Of a stretch of DNA of 64,000 nucleotides, positions 18,362 through 25,766 are shown in pieces. The notes under the pieces are model-generated. The model saw only the letters and a program-made list of their open reading frames with translations. It was not told the DNA's origin and ran no database searches. The position numbers were made by a program, and so were the translations under genes. This stretch comes from a virus, in IMG/VR virus record IMGVR_UViG_3300031963_000013; one strand, written 5' to 3'. Each line of letters opens with the position of its first letter. Positions within the stretch are counted from its first letter, which is position 1.

Positions 18362-18730
18362 ATGAAACTATTTGAAATATTAAGCGAAGAGTTTTCAGCA
18401 AACGATCCGGTGTTAATGGCTCTTAGAGCTGCTAAAGATACTAGACAAAAAAACTTAAAAGCCTACGCCGCTAGTATGAAAAAAAGGGTGTATGGAAAGA
18501 AGAGAGAAGACCTCGTAGACAGATTAGAAACTCTTAACGATGATCTTTTGGATTTGTATAAACAAAAAAAGCAAGCGTTTATAGACATGGAATTAGACGC
18601 GGGTGAGAAAGGAAGTTCGTGGAGCGACCAAGATGCTAACGAATACGGTGATATGCTAAACAGCATTGATGAAAAAATAGACTCTTTGATAAAAACTAGA
18701 CAAAAGATTGAAATAGCTTTATCGTACTAA
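18362..18730 (+). CDS. Coiled-coil hypothetical protein with MKLFEILSEE leader
   Basis: ATG 18362 just after the protease stop. Confidence 0.65.
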   Translation: MKLFEILSEEFSANDPVLMALRAAKDTRQKNLKAYAASMKKRVYGKKREDLVDRLETLNDDLLDLYKQKKQAFIDMELDAGEKGSSWSDQDANEYGDMLNSIDEKIDSLIKTRQKIEIALSY

Positions 18731-18757
18731 TAAGAAAAGCAAAATATTTTTAGAAAT

Positions 18758-18782
18758 AGCTAACTTTTTGTTAGCTTTTTTT
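18758..18782 (+). terminator. Intrinsic terminator
   Basis: AGCTAAC-TTTTT-GTTAGCT followed by a T run. Confidence 0.8.
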
Positions 18783-18813
18783 GTGTATATACATATTCTA
18801 CAAAAAATGCACG

Positions 18814-18821
18814 TATTTATT
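18814..18821 (+). promoter_or_regulatory. Putative late promoter TATTTATT for the scaffold-capsid operon
   Basis: Lies just after the terminator and is followed by a structured leader of about 95 nt. Confidence 0.6.
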
Positions 18822-18915
18822 GGTAAATGCGCAAATCTCACTATTGCGCTAAATCAATGAAACCTCATATTGCTTCCCTCCCCCAAATAAGCAATTAAAA
18901 ATCAAAGGAAACATA

Positions 18916-19938
18916 ATGGAAACAAACATTTACAAGCAATCACTTCTTGATGCTAAAGCGGTGCGTGCGAGCATTATCGCTAACGCAAAAGCTGAACTTC
19001 AAGAGGCAATTGAGCCAAAGATCCAAGACATGATACGCACTAAGCTATCAGAAGAATTGGAAGAAGAACTCGAAGAGGAAGTAGAAGAAGGATACGACAT
19101 GGAAGAAGGCGAAACTCACGAAGAAGGCTACTACGGCGAAAAAGAAGATCAAACAATGTCTGAAGACGACGTTACAGACGCAACTTTGGAAGAAATTCTT
19201 GCCGAATTAGACGCTTTGGAAGAAGACCAGAACCTTAACGAAGTAGAAGAAAACGTTGAAGAAGAAGGCTACAACATGGAAGAAGGAGTTGAAGAGGCTG
19301 AAGAAGAAGCCGAAGACGACGAAACCGTTGATGCAGAAATCGAAGACGAAGAAGAAACTACTGACGACGAAACCAAAGTTGTAGACATCACTCTTGGCGA
19401 CCTCAAACAAGTTCTACAGTCTGTAATGGCACAAAAAGACACGACCGCCGACGAATTCGAAGCAAGCGAAGAAGAGTCAGAAGAAAGCTCAGAAGAGCCT
19501 TTATCTCTTGACGAAATCTTGGCAGAATTAGAAGAAGCCGAAGGTCACAAAGAAGAAAAGCACGAAGAAGGTAAAAAAGTTGAAGAGATGGAAAAAGAGC
19601 TAGAAGAAGCAAAAAACACTATAGCTGCTTTAAATGAAACTCTACAAGACATCAACCTATTGAATGCGAAGCTTCTTTACATGAACAAAATTTTCAAAGC
19701 AAAAACTTTGACAGAATCAGAAAAAGTAAAAGTAATTAAAGCTTTCGATAGATCTACTTCTGTTAAAGAGGTTAAAAACACTTTTGAAACATTAAAAGAA
19801 TCTTTAAGCGTTAAAAAATCACAGCTAAAAGAATCTGTAGGTTTTGCATCGAAAGCCGCGGGCGTAGCACCTAGCAAACCAATCATCGAATCAAACGATT
19901 TCGTTTCTAGATGGCAAAAAATCGCAGGCATTAAATAA
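18916..19938 (+). CDS. Prohead core scaffolding protein (gp22-like)
   Basis: Highly acidic coiled coil between protease and capsid genes; LLNAKLLY; C-terminal RWQKIAGIK. Confidence 0.85.
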   Translation: METNIYKQSLLDAKAVRASIIANAKAELQEAIEPKIQDMIRTKLSEELEEELEEEVEEGYDMEEGETHEEGYYGEKEDQTMSEDDVTDATLEEILAELDALEEDQNLNEVEENVEEEGYNMEEGVEEAEEEAEDDETVDAEIEDEEETTDDETKVVDITLGDLKQVLQSVMAQKDTTADEFEASEEESEESSEEPLSLDEILAELEEAEGHKEEKHEEGKKVEEMEKELEEAKNTIAALNETLQDINLLNAKLLYMNKIFKAKTLTESEKVKVIKAFDRSTSVKEVKNTFETLKESLSVKKSQLKESVGFASKAAGVAPSKPIIESNDFVSRWQKIAGIK

Positions 19939-19959
19939 CAACAAAAAAAACTAATAACA

Positions 19960-21633
19960 ATGGCAAATTTAGTACAATCTTTACTAAAAGAATCAGCCCA
20001 ATCAACTTTCGAGAGCCAAACTAGCGTTGCTAGCAGACTCGCAAAGAAATGGGAAAAATCTGGACTCCTAGAGGGACTCCAAGATTACGAAAAGAATAAC
20101 ATGTCTGTTATTCTAGAAAACCAAGCTAAGCAGCTTGTAATCGAATCATCACAAACAAACGGTGGCTTAAACTCAGGCGGTGCTACTTTCACTCCTGGTA
20201 CCGGCGAACAGTGGGCGGGCGTTGCTCTTCCTTTGGTTCGTAAAATCTTAGGCCAAATCGCATCTAAAGAGTTCGTTAGCGTACAGCCGATGAATCTTCC
20301 TGCTGGTCTAGTGTTCTATTTGGATTTCCAATACGGAGATTCTAAGAGACCATTCGCTTCAGGCGATTCTATCTACGGTACTCCGTCTAGCAACTTTGGT
20401 AACTTAGCAGCAGGTGCTCTTTACGGAGCTGGTAAATTCGGTTATTCTCTTAACCAATTCTCTGCTTCAATCTCATCATCAGCTGCAAATTTTGCTTCTG
20501 CTTCTGCTACTTGGGCTGAATTGGAATTCAACTCTGATTTCTCAGCTTCTGCAGCTGCAAGAACAATCACAAAAGTAACAGTTCCTACATCTTCTATTGA
20601 TGCTAACATCAACATTGATGGCGTAAGAGCTTTCATCATCACATCTGGTTCTACAGTTAACTCTGCTGATAACTTACAGCAATTCACTGTTCTTTCTTCA
20701 AGTGCTGCTGGTGTGTTTGTTAACTTCTTCGTAAACAAGGCTTTGAGCACTTTTAGCGCTCCTCTTACTTACGTTGTTAACTACAACAAGAAGACAGACT
20801 TCAACACTCGCGGTGATTTCGAAGACAGAACAGGTGCTCCTTCAGTTCCTAACGCTGCTAGCAACACATCTATCGTTATCCCTGAGATCAACGTACAGAT
20901 GAAGTCTCAGACAGTTTCTGCTAAGACTCGTAAGTTGAAAGCGCAGTGGACTCCTGAATTTGCGCAAGACCTTAACGCTTACCACTCACTTGACGCTGAA
21001 GCTGAATTGACTGGTATCCTTTCTGAGCACATCTCTCTTGAGATCGACCTCGAAGTATTGGATATGTTAATTCAAAACGCTCCTACAGTTGAGTACTGGT
21101 CTGCTAAGGTTGGTAACCAAATCAACAACACCACAACTGGCTTTGATGTTAACACAGCGGGTGTTTACTACACTCAAATGTCTTGGTTCCAAACTTTGGG
21201 CATCAAGATGCAAAAGGTTTCTAACATCATCCATCAGCGTACTTTACGCGGTGGCGCTAACTTCATCGTAGTATCTCCAACAATCGCTACAATCCTTGAG
21301 TCAATCCCTGGATTCGCTGCTGATACTGACGGAGCTGCTGACACAATGAAGTACGCTTTCGGTGTACAGAAGATCGGTGCGCTTAACAGCCGTTACAAAG
21401 TGTACAAGAACCCCTACATGACTGAGAACGTGATCCTTATGGGTCTTCGTGGAAATCAATTCCTTGAGTGCGGCGCGGTTTACTCTCCGTACGTTCCATT
21501 GATCATGACTCCTCTTGTGTACGATCCTAACACTTTTACTCCGCGTAAAGGTATCATGACTCGTTACGCTATGACTATGGTGAGACCAGAATTTTACGGA
21601 TTGGTTGTTGTGGCTGACACAAACGTGATCTAA
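19960..21633 (+). CDS. Major capsid protein (T4 gp23-like) with a Ser/Ala-rich insertion
   Basis: KWEKSGLLEGL, VSVQPMNLPAGLVFYLDF, AKTRKLKAQWTPEFAQDLNAYH, YSPYVPL and PRKGIMTRY; strong codon bias. Confidence 0.97.
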   Translation: MANLVQSLLKESAQSTFESQTSVASRLAKKWEKSGLLEGLQDYEKNNMSVILENQAKQLVIESSQTNGGLNSGGATFTPGTGEQWAGVALPLVRKILGQIASKEFVSVQPMNLPAGLVFYLDFQYGDSKRPFASGDSIYGTPSSNFGNLAAGALYGAGKFGYSLNQFSASISSSAANFASASATWAELEFNSDFSASAAARTITKVTVPTSSIDANINIDGVRAFIITSGSTVNSADNLQQFTVLSSSAAGVFVNFFVNKALSTFSAPLTYVVNYNKKTDFNTRGDFEDRTGAPSVPNAASNTSIVIPEINVQMKSQTVSAKTRKLKAQWTPEFAQDLNAYHSLDAEAELTGILSEHISLEIDLEVLDMLIQNAPTVEYWSAKVGNQINNTTTGFDVNTAGVYYTQMSWFQTLGIKMQKVSNIIHQRTLRGGANFIVVSPTIATILESIPGFAADTDGAADTMKYAFGVQKIGALNSRYKVYKNPYMTENVILMGLRGNQFLECGAVYSPYVPLIMTPLVYDPNTFTPRKGIMTRYAMTMVRPEFYGLVVVADTNVI

Positions 21634-21654
21634 TAAGCTCACAATAAATAAAAT

Positions 21655-21684
21655 AAGGTCGATCCCGTAAGGTCGGCCTTTTTT
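21655..21684 (+). terminator. Intrinsic terminator after the capsid gene, possibly bidirectional
   Basis: AAGGTCGATC-CCGTAA-GGTCGGCCTT plus a T run; the A-rich tract upstream gives a U-tract on the - strand. Confidence 0.85.
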
Positions 21685-21692
21685 ATGCTCCC

Positions 21693-21785
21693 AAGTGATC
21701 CCGGAGCTCACCCCTTAGCTCTATTGTCCAATACAATGTAACATATAAGCTAAAAATGAGCTTCCCCATGAGCTCCAAATCACTT
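21693..21785 (-). ncRNA. Candidate structured non-coding RNA or element
   Basis: Nested inverted repeats AAGTGAT/ATCACTT, GGAGCTCA/TGAGCTCC, TTAGCT/AGCTAA and ATTGT/ACAAT; the gaps close as G-U pairs only on the - strand. Confidence 0.45.
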
Positions 21786-21817
21786 CTAGTAAATTAACGC
21801 TATTGCGTGCCACTACA

Positions 21818-21825
21818 TATTTATA
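21818..21825 (+). promoter_or_regulatory. Putative late promoter TATTTATA
   Basis: 17 nt before phoH ATG 21843. Confidence 0.6.
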
Positions 21826-21842
21826 GGAAACACAGTTGTAAG

Positions 21843-22517
21843 ATGGAAAATCAAGACGTTTCGCAAAAAAGAAAGCCGAAAAATCCGATAAAGTTTCAAG
21901 TTTCATTGAACGAGGAGCAAAAAGAAGCAAAATCGATCATACTGGCGAACAAGATAACGGTTTTAAAAGGACAAGCCGGTTCAGGTAAGTCGTTGGTAGC
22001 AGCACAGGTAGCTTTGGACATGTTGTTTAAAAGGGACGTTGAAAAGATCATACTCACTAGACCCGCTGTCACATCTGGAGAAGAGATAGGATACCTTCCT
22101 GGTGATAAGGACGCTAAGTTGGCTCCCTACACCGCGGCGATATACGACCAAATGTACAGGTTATACAACAAAGAAAAGATAGATAAAGAGGTTTCAGAAG
22201 GACGAATAGAAGTTATACCCGTTGGTTTCCTAAGGGGACGCAATTTTACCAACTGCGCAATTGTGTGCGACGAATCACAAAACGTGACACACCGTCAAAT
22301 GGAATTGTTGTTGGGTAGAATGTGCAGTGGAAGCAAGATGATTGTGGTAGGAGATACGTCTCAGATAGATTTGAAAGACAGAAAGATGAGCGGTTTTCAA
22401 TTTCTGTGCACAAACTTTAAAGAAGTGCCAGGATTCGCGGTAGTGTCTTTGAAAACCAATCACAGAGACCCAATAGTAGAAGACATACTAAAAATATATA
22501 AAGAACACACAGACTAA
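21843..22517 (+). CDS. phoH: PhoH-like ATPase
   Basis: GQAGSGKS, IILTRPAV, IGYLPG, FLRGRNF, DESQN, GDTSQIDL and HRDPIV. Confidence 0.95.
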   Translation: MENQDVSQKRKPKNPIKFQVSLNEEQKEAKSIILANKITVLKGQAGSGKSLVAAQVALDMLFKRDVEKIILTRPAVTSGEEIGYLPGDKDAKLAPYTAAIYDQMYRLYNKEKIDKEVSEGRIEVIPVGFLRGRNFTNCAIVCDESQNVTHRQMELLLGRMCSGSKMIVVGDTSQIDLKDRKMSGFQFLCTNFKEVPGFAVVSLKTNHRDPIVEDILKIYKEHTD

Positions 22518-22519
22518 AG

Positions 22520-23686
22520 ATGCCAAATCCATTAATATATGACGGTACGCCAATAGCGATATCAGGAAGCACGCCTTTCGGATTCTACGATAACGATGCC
22601 CAGTTCCAATCAGACGGTCCCAAAGTAGCTACGTTTGTGGCGAGAAAGTTGGGATACGGCGTTATGGACGTAGAATTGGACGATTTAAACATATACGCTT
22701 GCTTCGAAGAAGCGGTGTCCATATACGCGGAAGAACTTTACCAATCCAAAATAAAGGACAACTACATAAGTTTAGAGGGTTCGCCTACCGCCTCCCAACT
22801 GAACAACATAGTTGTGACTCCAAATCTCCAAAACATAGTTGCGATTGCAAGCGATTACGGAGAACAGGTTGGAGTAGGAGGAAACGTAGAGTGGTACACA
22901 GGTTCTTTGGACCTTAAGAAAAAAGTTCAAGTGTACGATATGAAACAGTGGGCGGTAGAAAACGCAAATCTACAACCGGGAGATAACATCATAATAAAGA
23001 GGATATTCTACGAAGCGAACCCAGCGGTTAACCAATACTATGATCCTTACATAGGTGGATCCATAAACTACCAAGGCGCAACAGAAAACTTTGGTTGGGC
23101 GAGTTATTCCCCAGGTCTAAACTTCGTTCTATTCCCTGTCTATTGGGACATTCAACGTATCCAACAAATAGAAATGTCAAACACCGTAAGAAGATCGGCG
23201 TTTACTTTCGAATTGATCAACAACAAATTACGCATATTTCCGATACCCGAAGACGAAGAGAGAAAGCTTTTCTTTCAATACTCAAAACAGAGCGAAGCTG
23301 GCAATCCGATATCTAGTAGCTACTACAACGGTAACACTGGCCTGGTAACAAACCCTTCGAACGTGCCTTACGGATTAGTGGTATACTCCCAAATAAACTA
23401 CCCAGGCAAACAGTGGATCTACGAGTACACCTTGGCGTTAGCAGCAGAACTGCTTGGATTGATAAGGGGTAAGTACACAAACGTACCGATACCAGGATCT
23501 GAAGTTACTTTGAACGCTGGCGATTTGATAGCAAAAGGACAGAACAGACAGCAAGAATTAAGAGACAAGTTGAGACAGGACTTCGACGACATGAGCAGAA
23601 AAGCACAGTTGGAGAGGAAACAGTCAGAGAACCAATCTCTCAGCGACACGTTAACAAACATACCATTAATGATTTACATAGGATAA
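22520..23686 (+). CDS. Neck / head-completion protein (gp13-like)
   Basis: RKLGY.VMDVEL, QWIYEYTLALAAELLGLIRGKY..VP.PGSEVTLNA; position after the capsid gene. Confidence 0.8.
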   Translation: MPNPLIYDGTPIAISGSTPFGFYDNDAQFQSDGPKVATFVARKLGYGVMDVELDDLNIYACFEEAVSIYAEELYQSKIKDNYISLEGSPTASQLNNIVVTPNLQNIVAIASDYGEQVGVGGNVEWYTGSLDLKKKVQVYDMKQWAVENANLQPGDNIIIKRIFYEANPAVNQYYDPYIGGSINYQGATENFGWASYSPGLNFVLFPVYWDIQRIQQIEMSNTVRRSAFTFELINNKLRIFPIPEDEERKLFFQYSKQSEAGNPISSSYYNGNTGLVTNPSNVPYGLVVYSQINYPGKQWIYEYTLALAAELLGLIRGKYTNVPIPGSEVTLNAGDLIAKGQNRQQELRDKLRQDFDDMSRKAQLERKQSENQSLSDTLTNIPLMIYIG

Positions 23687-23687
23687 C

Positions 23688-24179
23688 ATGGCAATATTCG
23701 GATCATCCAGAGACATAAGTACTTTCAAAGGCATATCAAGAGAGCTTTTGGAAAATGTAGTTTCACAAAACTGCGGATACTACAAAATTGTTTTAAAGGA
23801 TACGGAAATAAACGTATACGGGGAAGGGATGACAAAGTATTACGTGGGTCCCGTGCTAATAAACTGTTTGATAGAAAGGGGAGATTTCACCGCTAACAAA
23901 GAAGACTTCGGTGTACAAGTAAGCAGAAACGTGCAGTTCAGGTTTTTAAAGTATCACCTGGAACAAGCAAACGTAGTACCAGAAGTTGGAGACGTCATAA
24001 TGTACAACGAAGATTACTATCACGTAGGAAACGTAAACGAAAACCAATTGATCGTGGGAAAAGACAACGACTACTCTTACGAGAGCGGTTTACAAAATTT
24101 TGGAAACTCGTACTCCATACTGTTAGATACGCACTTAACAAGTCCTGACGCTCTTGGCATAACAAAAAATAGATTATAA
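23688..24179 (+). CDS. Neck / head-closure protein (gp14-like)
   Basis: NVYGE and PEVGDVI; synteny. Confidence 0.65.
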   Translation: MAIFGSSRDISTFKGISRELLENVVSQNCGYYKIVLKDTEINVYGEGMTKYYVGPVLINCLIERGDFTANKEDFGVQVSRNVQFRFLKYHLEQANVVPEVGDVIMYNEDYYHVGNVNENQLIVGKDNDYSYESGLQNFGNSYSILLDTHLTSPDALGITKNRL

Positions 24180-25432
24180 TGGCCCAACAGACTAGACCCA
24201 GAAACAGAAAAGAATTCATGACTTCTTTGAGTAAGCCTTACACCACTCAAGGGACAGATCCTACGAAAATATTTTCTGAACCGAAAAAGGCAGGCCAACC
24301 CGAAATAAACAGATCGCTACAGACTTCAATGGACAACGATTCCGATAAGGATTACTACATCGGAATAAAGGACATAGACGAAGCTGTGATGCACTATTTC
24401 AAAGACGTATTGAAACTGTACGTAATACAGAACAACGCTAGGGTAGACATACCCATACTGTACGGAACGCCAGAGAACTGGAAAAGCTTTCAAAGAGACG
24501 GTTACTACAGGGACAAAGAGGGTCGTTTGATGGCACCGCTTCTGGTTTTTAAAAAGAACAGCATAACCCAAAACAGAAACTTGGGAAACAAGTTAGACGG
24601 AAACTCTGCTCAAAACCTACAGTACTTTGAAAAGGGATACTCAAAGAGAAATTTCTACAGCAATTTTGGAGTTTTAAACAACAGAGTTCCACAGAAAGAG
24701 TACATAGCGACCGTGATTCCTGACTACGTTACTGTTGAATACTCTTGCGTGATATGGACGTACTACATGGAACAGATGGACAAAGTAATTGAAGCTTTAA
24801 ACTACGCTTCAAGAGCTTATTGGGGAGACCCGAACAAATTCCAATTTTACAGTTCCATAGAGACTTTCAGCGATACAACTCAATACGAACAGGGAGAAGA
24901 TAGAGCGGTTAGAACAAACTTTGATTTAACCCTAAACGGGTATTTGATACCCGATAGCCTAAACAAACAGCTATCGTTTAACGGTAAAGTGTACAGCACA
25001 AGCCAGGTGATATTCGGTTTTGAAACCACAGATTCTTCGCTAGAGAGTTACACCGTAGCTAAAAAGCCTGCAGGAAAGTCTTTGGCTTCTGTTATAGCCG
25101 CAGACTCGATAAACACAGTAATAAACCAAACCATAAACACAGTGAACCCAGAAGCGTTAACGTACATAAACACGAACAAACAAGTCACAGGAGTGTACGT
25201 AAACGATACAACAGTGCAGTTTAACAACCAGTGGTTGGTGGCTCCAACAGGGTTCCCGGCCACAGGTATCGATAACTTTACTTTCTTCTGTAACGGACAA
25301 TTGATAGAAAGAACAGCAATAGTTAGTTTTACGCAAAACATAAACGGAGGCGCTCTGGTGATAAATCCAACGCTTCTCAGTTACGCTTTTGATAACACAG
25401 ACGAAGTTGTGGCTATAGGAAAATTCGCATAA
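24179..25432 (+). CDS. Tail terminator / sheath-stabiliser protein (gp15-like) with a C-terminal extension
   Basis: IPILYGTPENW and PDYVTVEY...WT.YMEQMDKVIE; synteny. Confidence 0.65.
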   Translation: MAQQTRPRNRKEFMTSLSKPYTTQGTDPTKIFSEPKKAGQPEINRSLQTSMDNDSDKDYYIGIKDIDEAVMHYFKDVLKLYVIQNNARVDIPILYGTPENWKSFQRDGYYRDKEGRLMAPLLVFKKNSITQNRNLGNKLDGNSAQNLQYFEKGYSKRNFYSNFGVLNNRVPQKEYIATVIPDYVTVEYSCVIWTYYMEQMDKVIEALNYASRAYWGDPNKFQFYSSIETFSDTTQYEQGEDRAVRTNFDLTLNGYLIPDSLNKQLSFNGKVYSTSQVIFGFETTDSSLESYTVAKKPAGKSLASVIAADSINTVINQTINTVNPEALTYINTNKQVTGVYVNDTTVQFNNQWLVAPTGFPATGIDNFTFFCNGQLIERTAIVSFTQNINGGALVINPTLLSYAFDNTDEVVAIGKFA

Positions 25433-25433
25433 A

Positions 25434-25736
25434 ATGGCAAGACTAAAATTTAAACAGATACTTTCAAACCTTCACTACGATGAAGTTAACGATCAACTGA
25501 TATTGAGCGGATCAAAAGTGCCAACTGCTTTACAGAATTGGGACAACGCTTCAGGTTCTTGGGAAGACGCTCTTGGAACGTGGGACGGCAGCAGAGCGAA
25601 CATACCGGACTTCGTAATATACGGATCTACGTTTGTCACATCGAGCACATACACAACCGGATCGATCACAATAAACGGAGTAGACACGTTTGGTGATAGT
25701 GGAAGCTTCGATACTGTAGATTTAGGAGAATACTAA
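25434..25736 (+). CDS. Small virion-associated protein
   Basis: SGS/TGS-rich; ends DLGEY. Confidence 0.6.
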   Translation: MARLKFKQILSNLHYDEVNDQLILSGSKVPTALQNWDNASGSWEDALGTWDGSRANIPDFVIYGSTFVTSSTYTTGSITINGVDTFGDSGSFDTVDLGEY

Positions 25737-25744
25737 TATTTATT
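25737..25744 (+). promoter_or_regulatory. Putative late promoter TATTTATT
   Basis: Intergenic, before ATG 25767. Confidence 0.55.
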
Positions 25745-25766
25745 TACAAGATATAACACAAAAAAA

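Noticed and set aside
10030-21633. Introns or inteins in terminase, portal or capsid genes
   Set aside because: ORFs are continuous and of normal size, with no intein C/HN motifs or intron-like interruptions noticed.
21685-21810. tRNA or tmRNA in the post-capsid spacer
   Set aside because: No T-loop GTTCRA, no cloverleaf and no CCA end on either strand; kept only as an unclassified structure.
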